Origin: Flavobacteriales bacterium
GTDB taxonomy: Bacteria; Bacteroidota; Bacteroidia; UBA10329
Reading direction: 5' to 3'
NCBI GenBank assembly: GCA_044356305.1
Contig: JBIKWM010000008.1
Coordinates: 33,947 to 97,946 of the forward strand
Length of the DNA stretch: 64,000 nucleotides
Shown: piece by piece, positions 55,361-64,000 of the stretch
Layout of the letters: each line of letters opens with the position of its first letter
How positions within the stretch are numbered: position 1 is the first letter of the stretch
Program-made: the position numbers and the translations under genes
Notes under the pieces: generated by a model
What the model saw: the letters and a program-made list of their open reading frames with translations, nothing else
Told to the model about the DNA's origin: nothing
Databases searched by the model: none

Positions 55361-58300
55361 TCACACCACCTCTTCCATCACCAGCGGCCCCAGTGCCTGC
55401 TCGGCCCTGCGCACGGTGCGTATGCCCTCAATGCTGAGCGAGAGGCGGTCGTTCTTCTGCTTGAGGGTCACCTCGGTGGGGTTCATCTGCACATATTCCA
55501 GCACCCTGCCGAACTGCGCACTCTGGAAATAGCCGTTCTGCTCATCGGGCAGAAAGTGGCCCACCAGCCGGCCGTTCTTCAATATCAGCTTTTCGAACCC
55601 GATATGCTTGGCCAACCTGCGCAGGCGCACGGCATGTATCAGTTCCTCGGCCTGGGGCGGCAGCGGCCCGAAACGGTCGCGCAGCTTGTTGGCAAACCCC
55701 TCTAGGGCCTCGTCATCCTCCAGGTCGTCCAGTTCCTTGTACAGGCGCAGGCGCTCGGCTATGCTGTTCACATAGCTGTCGGGCAGCAGTATCTCCAGGT
55801 CGGTATCAATCTGGCAGTCGTCCACAAAATCGCCCTGGGGCTGGTCGGCAAACAGGTGCTTGAACTCATCGGTGTGGCGCAGCTCCTGCATGGCCTCGTC
55901 CAGGATCTTCTGGTACATCTCGTACCCGATGTCGCTGATAAAGCCGCTCTGCTCGCCCCCCAGCAGGTTGCCCGCCCCGCGTATGTCGAGGTCGCGCATG
56001 GCAATGTTGAACCCGCTGCCCAGCTCGCTGTACTCGCTTATGGCCTGCATGCGCTTGCGCCCCTCGGTGGTGAGCGATGAGATGGGCGGGGCAATGAGGT
56101 AGCAGAACGCCTTGCGGTTGCTGCGCCCCACGCGGCCGCGCATCTGGTGCAGGTCGCTGAGGCCGAAGTGCTGCGCGTTGTTGATGATGATGGTGTTGGC
56201 ATTGGGGATGTCGAGCCCGCTCTCAATGATGGTGGTGGCCACCAGCACATCGTATTCGCCCTCTATGAAGCGCAGCATCACCTCCTCCAGCTTGTGGGGC
56301 TCCATCTGGCCATGTCCGGTGCACACGCGCACATCGGGGCACAGGCGGCCTATCATGCCGGCCACTTCTTTAATGGAATCGACCCGGTTGTGCACAAAGA
56401 ACACCTGCCCGCCCCGCTGCACCTCGTACATGATGGCATCGCGGATGGTCTCCTCGCTGAAGGTGACCACCTCTGTGATGATGGGATGGCGGTTGGGCGG
56501 AGGCGTGTTGATCACGCTCAGGTCGCGGGCACCCATCAGCGAGAACTGGAGGGTGCGGGGAATGGGTGTGGCCGTGAGGGTGAGGGTATCGACATTCACC
56601 TTGAACTGCTTGAGGCGGTCCTTCACCGCCACCCCGAATTTCTGCTCCTCGTCAATGATCAGCAGCCCGAGGTCGTGGAATTTGACACCCTTGCCCACAA
56701 TGGCGTGGGTGCCGATGATGATGTCAATCTCACCGTTCTCCAACTTCTCCAAAGTCTCTTTCTGCTCCTTGGCCGATTTGAAACGGTTCAGGTAATCGAC
56801 CCGCGCGGGGAAGTCCTTGAGCCGGTCGCGGAAGGTCTTGTAATGCTGCAATGCCAAGATGGTGGTGGGCACCAGCACGGCCACCTGCTTGCCATCGCAT
56901 ACGGCCTTGAATGCCGCGCGCACGGCCACCTCGGTCTTTCCGAAACCCACATCGCCACACACCAGGCGGTCCATGGGCCAGTCGCGCTTCATGTCGGCCT
57001 TCACCGCCTCGGTGGCCTTTTCCTGATCGGGCGTGTCGATGTAGATGAACGAGGCCTCCAGCTCAGCCTGCAGATAGCTGTCGGGGGTGAATGAGAATCC
57101 CTTCTGGGCCTTGCGTTGAGCATAGAGGCGTATCAGGTCCTTGGCTATGTCCTTTACCTTTCCTTTGGTCTTGGCCTTCAGGGTCTTCCACGCCTGTGTG
57201 CCCAGTTTGTTGATGCGCGGCTCGGCCCCCTCCTTGCCGCTGTACTTGGCTATACGGTGCAGGCTGTGGATGCTCACATAGAGGATGTCGCCATCCTGAT
57301 ACACCAGCCGCACGGCCTCCTGCATCTTCCCGTTCACATCAATCTTCTCCAGACCAGCGAAACGCCCCACTCCGTGATCGATGTGAGTGACGAAATCGCC
57401 CGGCATCAGTCCGGTCAGCTCCTTGATGGTGAGGCTCTCCTTGCCCCGCTTGTAGGCATTGCGCAGCTTGTAGCGATGGAACCGCTCGAATATCTGGTGG
57501 TCGGTATAGCACACCAGTTTCAGGTCGTGGTCAATAAACCCTTCGTGTATGCTCAGAACAATGGGCGTGAAAAGGCCCCCTCCGGTGCCACCTGCACCTG
57601 ATTGGATAAGGTCTTCGAAAATCTGATGGAGCCGCTCGCTCTGCTGTGGGTTGTCGGTGAGCAGCACCGTGGTGTAGCCCTTGTCGCGCCACCCCTCCAG
57701 ATTGGACTGCAGCAGTTTGAAGTCCTTGTTGAAGGCCGGCTGCGGGCTCTGTTCAAGGGCCACTTCCACCTCATCGGCATACGCACTGCCGGTGCCGAAA
57801 CCCACCACCGTGCGGGCCCCGAGGGTGGTCATGAAATCCTCGGGCGAGGTGTATTTCTCGCTCGGAGGGCTCTGCCGCGTGTCGGTGTGCAGCTGGGCAA
57901 AGGCATCGAGGGCATCTTTCAGCTCTTTGCGCAATTGGGCGCGCAACGACTCCATGTCCTTCAGCCATACCACTGTGGTGCCGGGCAGGTAGTCAATCAG
58001 CGACACCCGCTCCTGCAGCATCATGTCGCTCTGCACGTTGGGCACTATGGTGGCCCGTTGCAGGCTGCGCACGCTGAGCTGCTCGGCCGGGTCGAAATAG
58101 CGGATGCTCTCCACATCATCTCCGAAAAGCTCAATACGCACAGGCATCTCGTGGGCGTAGGAGAAAATGTCGATGATGCCCCCGCGTATGGCGAACTGCC
58201 CGGGCTCGTACACCTGATCCACGCGGTCGAAACCGTATTCGTGCAGCATGTCGTTCACAAAATCTAGCTGCACGCTCTCGCCCACTGTCACGGTGAAACT

Positions 58301-58723
58301 GTGCTGCTTGAGCAGTCTGCGGCTCACCACCTTTTCGGCCAGTGCCGCACCATAGGTCACGATCAGCTGGCCCGTGGTGCCCGAAGAGATGCGGTTGAGC
58401 ACTTCCCCGCGCTGTATAACATTGGCATTGTCAGTCTCCTCTTCCTCGTAGGGTCTGCGGTAGCTCTGTGGGAAAAAGAGCACCTTCTTCCTTCCCACAA
58501 GCAGCTCCAGGTCGCTCAGGAAATACGATGCCGACTCCTTGTCGGGGAGAATGAAAAGATGGTCGCGCTGCGATTCCTTGGCCACGGCCGCGGCCACAAA
58601 AGCGGTTGCGCTGCCCGCACCGCCCCGCAGGCGCACTTTGCTGGCCGGCCGGGCTAGGGCCTCGGTGAGCGAAGGAACTGCCCCGTGGCGGGCAAAGTGG
58701 GCTATGAAATCGTCAGAGGTCAT
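55361..58723 (-). CDS. mfd: transcription-repair coupling factor
   Basis: 1120 aa. Walker A DVGFGKTEVA. DEEQKFGV. RecG-like helicase motifs. TRCF C-terminal domain. Confidence 0.95.
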   Translation of the reverse strand: MTSDDFIAHFARHGAVPSLTEALARPASKVRLRGGAGSATAFVAAAVAKESQRDHLFILPDKESASYFLSDLELLVGRKKVLFFPQSYRRPYEEEETDNANVIQRGEVLNRISSGTTGQLIVTYGAALAEKVVSRRLLKQHSFTVTVGESVQLDFVNDMLHEYGFDRVDQVYEPGQFAIRGGIIDIFSYAHEMPVRIELFGDDVESIRYFDPAEQLSVRSLQRATIVPNVQSDMMLQERVSLIDYLPGTTVVWLKDMESLRAQLRKELKDALDAFAQLHTDTRQSPPSEKYTSPEDFMTTLGARTVVGFGTGSAYADEVEVALEQSPQPAFNKDFKLLQSNLEGWRDKGYTTVLLTDNPQQSERLHQIFEDLIQSGAGGTGGGLFTPIVLSIHEGFIDHDLKLVCYTDHQIFERFHRYKLRNAYKRGKESLTIKELTGLMPGDFVTHIDHGVGRFAGLEKIDVNGKMQEAVRLVYQDGDILYVSIHSLHRIAKYSGKEGAEPRINKLGTQAWKTLKAKTKGKVKDIAKDLIRLYAQRKAQKGFSFTPDSYLQAELEASFIYIDTPDQEKATEAVKADMKRDWPMDRLVCGDVGFGKTEVAVRAAFKAVCDGKQVAVLVPTTILALQHYKTFRDRLKDFPARVDYLNRFKSAKEQKETLEKLENGEIDIIIGTHAIVGKGVKFHDLGLLIIDEEQKFGVAVKDRLKQFKVNVDTLTLTATPIPRTLQFSLMGARDLSVINTPPPNRHPIITEVVTFSEETIRDAIMYEVQRGGQVFFVHNRVDSIKEVAGMIGRLCPDVRVCTGHGQMEPHKLEEVMLRFIEGEYDVLVATTIIESGLDIPNANTIIINNAQHFGLSDLHQMRGRVGRSNRKAFCYLIAPPISSLTTEGRKRMQAISEYSELGSGFNIAMRDLDIRGAGNLLGGEQSGFISDIGYEMYQKILDEAMQELRHTDEFKHLFADQPQGDFVDDCQIDTDLEILLPDSYVNSIAERLRLYKELDDLEDDEALEGFANKLRDRFGPLPPQAEELIHAVRLRRLAKHIGFEKLILKNGRLVGHFLPDEQNGYFQSAQFGRVLEYVQMNPTEVTLKQKNDRLSLSIEGIRTVRRAEQALGPLVMEEVV

Positions 58724-58796
58724 TAAAGAAGGGGCGCAAAGATGCGGGCCGACCTAAGTAGAACAGGGCCGTCAGTAGGAATAGGGCCGAGGGCAA

Positions 58797-59840
58797 TTAT
58801 TTACCCTCCGCCTCAGGCGAGTGCTCCTGCATCATCTGCATGGCCTGACGCACCATGTTCTCTGACCCGATGAAAAGTGGGGTGCGCTGGTGCAGGCTGG
58901 TGGGCTGCACCTCCAGTATCCGCCTGAAGCCGTCAGTGGCCAATCCACCGGCCTGCTCAAGGATGAACGCGAACGGATTGGCCTCGTACAGCAACCGCAG
59001 TTTGCCACGCGGGGCGCTCTCTGTGTTAGGGTAAATGAATATGCCGCCTTTGATCAGGTTGCGATGCAGGTCGGCCACGGCCGAGCCGATGTAACGCGAG
59101 GTATATGGCCTGCCGGTGGCCTTATCCTCCATCTGGCAATACTTGATGTAGCGCTTCACTCCCTCGGGGAATCGCACATAGTTGCCCTCATTGATCGAGT
59201 AGATCTTACCGTCCTTGGGCACCTTCATGTCCGGATGGCTGAGGCAGAACGCCCCGATGCCCGGATCGAGGGTGAACCCGTTCACCCCGTTGCCGGTGGT
59301 GAACACCAGCATGGTGCTGCTGCCATAGATAACATAGCCCGCTGCCACCTGCTCGGTCCCTTTCTGCATGAAATCGGCCATGGTGGCCGGCCCATCGGCC
59401 GATACCCTCCTGTAAATGGAGAATATGGTGCCGATGCTCACATTCACATCAATGTTTGAGGAACCATCGAGCGGGTCAATCGCCACCACGTACTTGCCAT
59501 GCTGAGCGTAGCCCGAGTTGAACTGTATCACACCCTCGTCCTCTTCGCTGGCCAGCCCGCACACCTCGCCACGGTCGCGCAGGGCGCGTATGAACTGCTC
59601 GTTGGCATACACATCCAACTTCTTCACCTCCTCGCCCTGCACATTGGTGCTGCCATGTTCGCCAAGTATGTCTGCCAGGCCGGCCTTGTTCACCTCGCGG
59701 TTCACTATACGTGCCGCAAGGCTTATGGCGCTGAGCAGGCGAGACAGTTCGCCCTTTGCGTATTTGAAATCGTTCTGACGCTCAATGATGAATTCACCGA
59801 GCGATGTCACTCCTTTCACGGGTCCTTCAATGACAGCCAT
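58797..59840 (-). CDS. fbp: fructose-1,6-bisphosphatase class 1
   Basis: 347 aa with typical FBPase I motifs (...GEFII..., [21 protein letters not shown]...). Confidence 0.9.
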   Translation of the reverse strand: MAVIEGPVKGVTSLGEFIIERQNDFKYAKGELSRLLSAISLAARIVNREVNKAGLADILGEHGSTNVQGEEVKKLDVYANEQFIRALRDRGEVCGLASEEDEGVIQFNSGYAQHGKYVVAIDPLDGSSNIDVNVSIGTIFSIYRRVSADGPATMADFMQKGTEQVAAGYVIYGSSTMLVFTTGNGVNGFTLDPGIGAFCLSHPDMKVPKDGKIYSINEGNYVRFPEGVKRYIKYCQMEDKATGRPYTSRYIGSAVADLHRNLIKGGIFIYPNTESAPRGKLRLLYEANPFAFILEQAGGLATDGFRRILEVQPTSLHQRTPLFIGSENMVRQAMQMMQEHSPEAEGK

Positions 59841-59877
59841 TTGATATTTATTGTGATGGGTTGGGTTGAAAAAGAAA

Positions 59878-59897
59878 GACCCGCCACAGGGCGGGTC
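59878..59897 (-). terminator. rho-independent terminator
   Basis: GACCCGCC-acag-GGCGGGTC hairpin followed on the minus strand by CUUUCUUUU. Lies 3' of gene 59920..60525. Confidence 0.6.
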
Positions 59898-59919
59898 TCT
59901 AAGAGGGTAGTTGCAGCAG

Positions 59920-60525
59920 TCACTGCTTCATTATGTACGCCAGTTTGTAGTACCTGCGTTCGGGGGCGGTGGGGGTGCCCACACTCACGTTCACATACTC
60001 GCCTGCGGCAAAACCGGGGTTCTCGGCACTGCTCGCCACCGATACGATGAACTTGTCTGTCAGGTCGGGGGTGCCATTGGCGCCATCGCACAGCACCCAT
60101 CCTGCGGGGATCGAGGCAATGGTGCCGCTCCACATGATGATGCCCCCTTGCGGAGTGCCCTGCCCCGGGGCATTGGCCACCTCAAGTTTCACCCACGAGC
60201 CGAATGGAGCAACAGGGGAGGGCGGGTCGAAATGGCGGTAGTACCAGAAGTAGCCGCTGTCGGTCTCGTATATGAGCAGGCCATCGGGCAGGGTGTCGTT
60301 GTAAAAGCTCTGCATCAGGTCGCGCTGAAGGATGTTCAGCCTCGGCACCAGGATGCCCTTGGGCCGTGTGATGGGCACTGTGAGCGGATTGTACGGGTTG
60401 GCCGCATCAAGTATGGCGCGCGGGTCGGGCGAGGCGGTGCCTATGCCGACATTGTTGGTGTTCACCTGCGCCATGGCGGGGCTCAGGGCCATCAGAGAGA
60501 GTACGAGCGTAAGAATCCTTCTCAT
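59920..60525 (-). CDS. secreted protein with phage-tail-collar (tail-fibre-like) domain
   Basis: Start ATG 60525 ([20 protein letters not shown]). ...[32 protein letters not shown] matches the collar domain consensus. Confidence 0.65.
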   Translation of the reverse strand: MRRILTLVLSLMALSPAMAQVNTNNVGIGTASPDPRAILDAANPYNPLTVPITRPKGILVPRLNILQRDLMQSFYNDTLPDGLLIYETDSGYFWYYRHFDPPSPVAPFGSWVKLEVANAPGQGTPQGGIIMWSGTIASIPAGWVLCDGANGTPDLTDKFIVSVASSAENPGFAAGEYVNVSVGTPTAPERRYYKLAYIMKQ

Positions 60526-60675
60526 CCGTTCCGGGGTAAGGGAAGGGCGCAACCCTTCTTTTTTTGCGGGGCGAAAGATATGCAGAGAAACCTTGAGCCG
60601 CCCATGTCGGGGCCTGAATATCACTGCGCTGTGGCTAGTTGCCTCGGCTGTCAGTAACGGTACATTTGGCACATC

Positions 60676-61152
60676 ATGTTTTCACCCTTTGAGATAGGTA
60701 CCGCCACCGTGGCCGATATGGCCCAGGTACATGCGCTCATCTGCGAGCTGGCGGCTTTTGAGCGTATGCCTGGTGCAGTCAGCATCAGTGCCACAGATCT
60801 GGCCCGCGACCATTTTGGTGCGGCCCCCGCCTTCAGGCTGTTGGTGGCACGGGCAGATAGTCAGGTGGTGGGCATGGCGATCTACTATCCGGTCTATTCC
60901 ACATGGGAGGGCAAGAGCCTCTACCTCGAGGACCTGATTGTGGCCGAGGCGCACCGTGGCAAGGGCATCGGTACTGCACTGTTCAGGGCCGTGGCGCACG
61001 AGGCCGCCACCACCGGCATGGCCCGCCTGCAGTGGCAGGCTCTGCACTGGAACGAGGGGGCGCTCAGGTTTTACGCCCGGGCCGGTGCCACCACCGATGG
61101 CGAATGGGTCAACTGTCGCCTCAGTGGCGAGGCACTCAGGGCCTTCATGTGA
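60676..61152 (+). CDS. GNAT-family N-acetyltransferase
   Basis: ...LIVAEAHRGKGIGTALF... acetyl-CoA binding motif. Confidence 0.8.
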   Translation: MFSPFEIGTATVADMAQVHALICELAAFERMPGAVSISATDLARDHFGAAPAFRLLVARADSQVVGMAIYYPVYSTWEGKSLYLEDLIVAEAHRGKGIGTALFRAVAHEAATTGMARLQWQALHWNEGALRFYARAGATTDGEWVNCRLSGEALRAFM

Positions 61153-61242
61153 ATGGCCATTGTCTCCCCTCAACCGCTCATGAGCCCGGACGGGCCAAGT
61201 TGTCCCTGACACTTCTCACTAATTCCATTCCTTTGCCTGTGA

Positions 61243-62262
61243 ATGAAAGCGGGCTGCGGTAGTAGAAACTCAGGCACAGCTGGCACCTTTGCCGAGAAGG
61301 AACGCGCCCTCAATTGGAACCTCTTTGACCTCCGCACTTACGATGGCCGCACCGGCCGCTTCCACAACCCTGACCCCATGTGGCAGTATGCCAGCCCCTA
61401 CATGGCCATGGGCAACAACCCGTTGAGTGTGGTGGACCCTACGGGGGGAGAGGGCAGCGAAGGAGGCTCCTGTCCACATAGTCTGGTCGGTACATGTTGC
61501 GAATGTGAAGGAACTTGCCCCACGGGCAATTCATCCAGTAACTCAAATGGATTGACATGGAGCTGGGGTGACGGGCAAGGGACCTCAGGTGGAACAGGTG
61601 CACCGAAACTTGGTGCTGCCGACCTTCAGGATTTAATTTTCAAATCAAATAACGAAGAGGAGATCCATGCCCTGTATCTCGCACTGTCAACTGTTGATAA
61701 TTGGATATATGAGGCGCGAGCAAGTAATATTCGTGAACAAGGGCTCGCCAATGGAACTGTTGGAAATCTAACAGCGAGTCAGGATGGGCCCGGTGATGGG
61801 CATGGTCAGTCAAGGCTTGTCAATTCAGATTCAGGCCCAAGACCATTTTCCTCCAATCCATATATTCATGGAGCAAAATCCTTTATGGATTATGTTTATG
61901 GAACCTTCTATGATATTGGAACCCTTATTGAGCATATAACTTATACCAATCCGAATGTAATAACAGGAATGCCACCTGACGGCATTATTGGAGGACCATT
62001 GAAAAATGGAGATAAGGCGATTCGACTAGGCAAAATATTATTGAACAGAAATGCTTGGCACACCGTAAAAGATACTTTTTTGAAAAGTGCTGGAGGGGGT
62101 CGAGGTAAGTGGGCACATATTGTGGGGACTAATCCGGATATTGATTATATTGGGGGAAGGATTGTTCTTGCCGGTAGGGATGCATTTCGTGGTAAAACAC
62201 ACCCAACGGAGTACACTCTTGACATGTTTATAGATTTTCTTTTAAAAAATGGGTTGAAATAA
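61243..62262 (+). CDS. orphan RHS C-terminal toxin tip (conserved RHS-core end followed by unknown ~290-aa toxin domain)
   Basis: Starts FAEKERALNWNLFDLRTYDGRTGRFHNPDPMW...DPTG (RHS core terminal motif). There is no upstream RHS core (stops and a GNAT gene). Lower GC. Confidence 0.7.
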   Translation: MKAGCGSRNSGTAGTFAEKERALNWNLFDLRTYDGRTGRFHNPDPMWQYASPYMAMGNNPLSVVDPTGGEGSEGGSCPHSLVGTCCECEGTCPTGNSSSNSNGLTWSWGDGQGTSGGTGAPKLGAADLQDLIFKSNNEEEIHALYLALSTVDNWIYEARASNIREQGLANGTVGNLTASQDGPGDGHGQSRLVNSDSGPRPFSSNPYIHGAKSFMDYVYGTFYDIGTLIEHITYTNPNVITGMPPDGIIGGPLKNGDKAIRLGKILLNRNAWHTVKDTFLKSAGGGRGKWAHIVGTNPDIDYIGGRIVLAGRDAFRGKTHPTEYTLDMFIDFLLKNGLK

Positions 62263-62269
62263 TTAAGGA

Positions 62270-62626
62270 ATGGCAAACGCAAAGTTGCTCATTTGGACTC
62301 AATCACAAGAGCCAACAGATTGGATTACTGGATTGTTGCAAATTCCAACAGAACTGAAAGACTGGGAGCAAGTTATATCGGAGAATGGCCAATGGTGCTA
62401 TTATATAAATCTTGATTTGATGGATGAATATCTTGATTACATGGCCCATTATATGGATATTCTTGAGCCTAAATTGAAAGAACTTAACGCCTTAGGGATT
62501 AAGAGTAACCAGATTACAATATGGTTTGAAGATAAAAACAAATCGCAAAATAATTATGAATTTTATTCTTATAATTTACTTCGAATGGGTCGGTCTGAAA
62601 TCAATTTCTGCTTGTCCATTTATTAA
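62270..62626 (+). CDS. putative cognate immunity protein
   Basis: 118-aa AT-rich ORF 7 nt downstream of the toxin tip. Confidence 0.5.
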   Translation: MANAKLLIWTQSQEPTDWITGLLQIPTELKDWEQVISENGQWCYYINLDLMDEYLDYMAHYMDILEPKLKELNALGIKSNQITIWFEDKNKSQNNYEFYSYNLLRMGRSEINFCLSIY

Positions 62627-62762
62627 TAGCATCGCTTACAAGCTACCTCCAGCAGTTTCAAAGAAATCGCCCTCCAGCCCGATCAAGTGTTCCGAGGGGT
62701 CACTTGGTCGGTAATAAGTTCTCACTGTTTGCAACAGTGATGAAACAAAAAATATCCATATT

Positions 62763-62990
62763 TTGGCCTTGCAAATGCGAGCGGCCACCAATAGCAGAAC
62801 TTCCAACGCAGGCGGCACCGTAACCAACAGCTACCAAAGCCCCTTTGCCGAGAAGGAACGCGCCCTCAACTGGAGCCTCTTTGACCTCCGCACCTACGAT
62901 GGCCGCACCGGCCGCTTCCATAGCCCCGACCCCATGCCATGCAGGCCTGTGGAGAGCTTTTGCTTTCTATCTTTGTGTAATAGATGGTGA
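62763..62990 (+). pseudogene. second orphan RHS tip, truncated ~13 aa after the DPxx motif
   Basis: ...FAEKERALNWSLFDLRTYDGRTGRFHSPDPMPCRPV...*. Confidence 0.55.
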
Positions 62991-63250
62991 TCATGGAAAC
63001 AAGTCTAAGGATACGAATGTCGGACCTTGATATGGGGCTCATTGAATCCATCAGGGCGCTTTTCGGCCCAGACAGGGAACTGACACTTACCATAGAAGCT
63101 GCATCCGATTTCGGCCTCAATGCCACCGAGACCAAGAAGCAATACCTGATGCGCTTGACCAAGGCTGTGGCTAACCTGGAAAAAGGAGAGAAAGTGGTAC
63201 TCTCGGAGTCGGATCTTGACGAGATGGTGCTCGATAGGCTGAAAAGATGA
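62984..63250 (+). CDS. putative antitoxin of the YoeB-type toxin (not YefM-like)
   Basis: 88-aa ORF (alternative start ATG 63017) overlapping the toxin gene by 4 nt. Confidence 0.45.
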   Translation: MVIMETSLRIRMSDLDMGLIESIRALFGPDRELTLTIEAASDFGLNATETKKQYLMRLTKAVANLEKGEKVVLSESDLDEMVLDRLKR

Positions 63251-63516
63251 GGAGGATTGTCTTTGAACAGTCGGCCTATGACGACTTCTTTGACTGGGGC
63301 GTGTATGACAAACGGATCTTCATTAAGATCCACGACCTGTTGAAAGCCGCTATGCGTGACCCGTTCAAGGGGCCAGGCAAGCCAGAACCGCTAAAAGGCG
63401 ACCTGAAAGGATTCTGGTCGCGAAGGATCGATGACAAACACAGACTGGTGTATCGTGTGAACTCAGATGGCGATCTAGAGGTGATCAGTTGCAAGGGGCA
63501 CTATGGCGACCGTTGA
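63247..63516 (+). CDS. type II toxin, YoeB/Txe family
   Basis: ...YDDFFDWGVYDKRIFIKIHDLLKAAMRDPFKGPGKPEPLKGDLKGFWSRRIDDKHRLVYRV... closely matches YoeB. Confidence 0.85.
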   Translation: MRRIVFEQSAYDDFFDWGVYDKRIFIKIHDLLKAAMRDPFKGPGKPEPLKGDLKGFWSRRIDDKHRLVYRVNSDGDLEVISCKGHYGDR

Positions 63517-63757
63517 CCAAAGCATGGTTTTCAGCCACTTAAGCTCTTTTGCCAAGAACGAATGCGCCCTCAACTGGAGCCTCTTTGATCTCCGCACCTA
63601 TGATGGCCGCACCGGCCGATTCCACAACCCCGACCCCATGTGGCGGTATGCCAGCCCCTTAATAACGAGTGATTTTGCTCTGTCTGCCACCTTTGCACCT
63701 GTAGATGAAGATGGACTTGCTTCATGTTTTGAATCTGCTCTGCAGCGCAAGGATTAG
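63503..63757 (+). pseudogene. third orphan RHS tip with short (~38-aa) C-terminal extension
   Basis: ...FAKNECALNWSLFDLRTYDGRTGRFHNPDPMWRYASP... Confidence 0.55.
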
Positions 63758-63790
63758 TTTTGTTGCCAAGCGCTAAGTTGATTTACTGTT

Positions 63791-64000
63791 GTGGAGGAGA
63801 AAGAGATAGACCCGGATCGGATTGCTGATTTTTGGCTGGAATCAGCTGAGCGTGATTTTGACACGATGCAGAATCTCATGCGGTCGGGCGACAGAAGCTG
63901 GGCTTTATTTCTAGGGCATCTTGTTCTTGAGAAGCTGTTGAAGGCCCATTTTGTCAAGAAAAACAGGATGCACGCCATCCATAGCCACGACCTCCTTCGC
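63791..64000 (+). CDS. HEPN-domain protein, 3'-partial (runs off window end)
   Basis: GTG start after an in-frame TGA at 63779. ...SWALFLGHLVLEKLLKAHFVKK..HAIHSHDLL is HEPN-like. Confidence 0.45.
   Translation, partial: MEEKEIDPDRIADFWLESAERDFDTMQNLMRSGDRSWALFLGHLVLEKLLKAHFVKKNRMHAIHSHDLLR

Noticed and set aside
56147-58267. Several + ORFs (315 aa, 221 aa and others) opposite mfd
   Set aside because: Antisense frames of a long GC-rich gene. mfd motifs are unambiguous on the minus strand.
59911-60657. 248-aa + ORF
   Set aside because: Antisense of the tail-collar gene. G/A/H-rich.
1-64000. tRNA, rRNA or other structured RNA genes
   Set aside because: Scanning intergenic regions by eye revealed no T-loop or cloverleaf-like segments (GGTTCGANTCC-type) and no rRNA-like conserved blocks. 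A tRNAscan/Rfam run would be needed to be certain.

Overview
This 64-kb window comes from a high-GC (about 60%) Bacteroidota-type chromosome. The evidence for that is six or more proteins ending in type-A T9SS C-terminal sorting domains, a SprB-repeat protein, lipoprotein or signal-peptide starts, absent Shine-Dalgarno use, and many 4-nt ATGA/TGATG gene overlaps. Housekeeping backbone genes are mfd, class-1 FBPase, a 2-oxoacid dehydrogenase E2 subunit, two M1 aminopeptidases, a GMC oxidoreductase, PhnA, an FAH hydrolase, a DEDDh exonuclease and a BCCP-like protein. Several lower-GC accessory islets interrupt this backbone. (1) An AT-richer islet at 6.3-10.4 kb carries a complete Type II restriction-modification module: a 736-aa C5-cytosine methyltransferase, a convergent candidate restriction endonuclease, and an upstream controller-like HTH protein. 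The methyltransferase has an in-frame N-terminus that resembles the arm-type DNA-binding domain of Bacteroidetes tyrosine integrases. (2) A toxin-antitoxin islet (PIN; DUF3368/UPF0175) is flanked by two orphan copies of a T9SS-CTD 3' end plus terminator. (3) The most striking feature is five consecutive co-oriented genes at 31.1-45.8 kb. Four are paralogues sharing a signal peptide, TPR and TolB-like PD40 beta-propeller module. They are elaborated with OmpA peptidoglycan-binding ends, a roughly 550-aa E/A/K/Q/P-rich spacer, a 7-blade WD40 propeller, and a giant (1388 aa) coiled-coil protein containing an internal 153-nt tandem duplication. This looks like a candidate, apparently uncharacterised, envelope-spanning TolB/Pal-like paralogue system. 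(4) A tandemly duplicated two-gene unit (T9SS cargo gene plus CTD-only ORF) has about 95% identical 3' ends. (5) A 42-nt x7 minisatellite and a (TC)10 tract sit in one promoter region. (6) At the right edge, an array of three orphan RHS C-terminal toxin tips lacks an adjacent RHS core and has a YoeB-type toxin-antitoxin pair and a HEPN gene interleaved. I found no rRNA, tRNA or CRISPR. Start codons in the ORF track are sometimes alternative (GTG/TTG shown as M); I re-derived several starts by hand.
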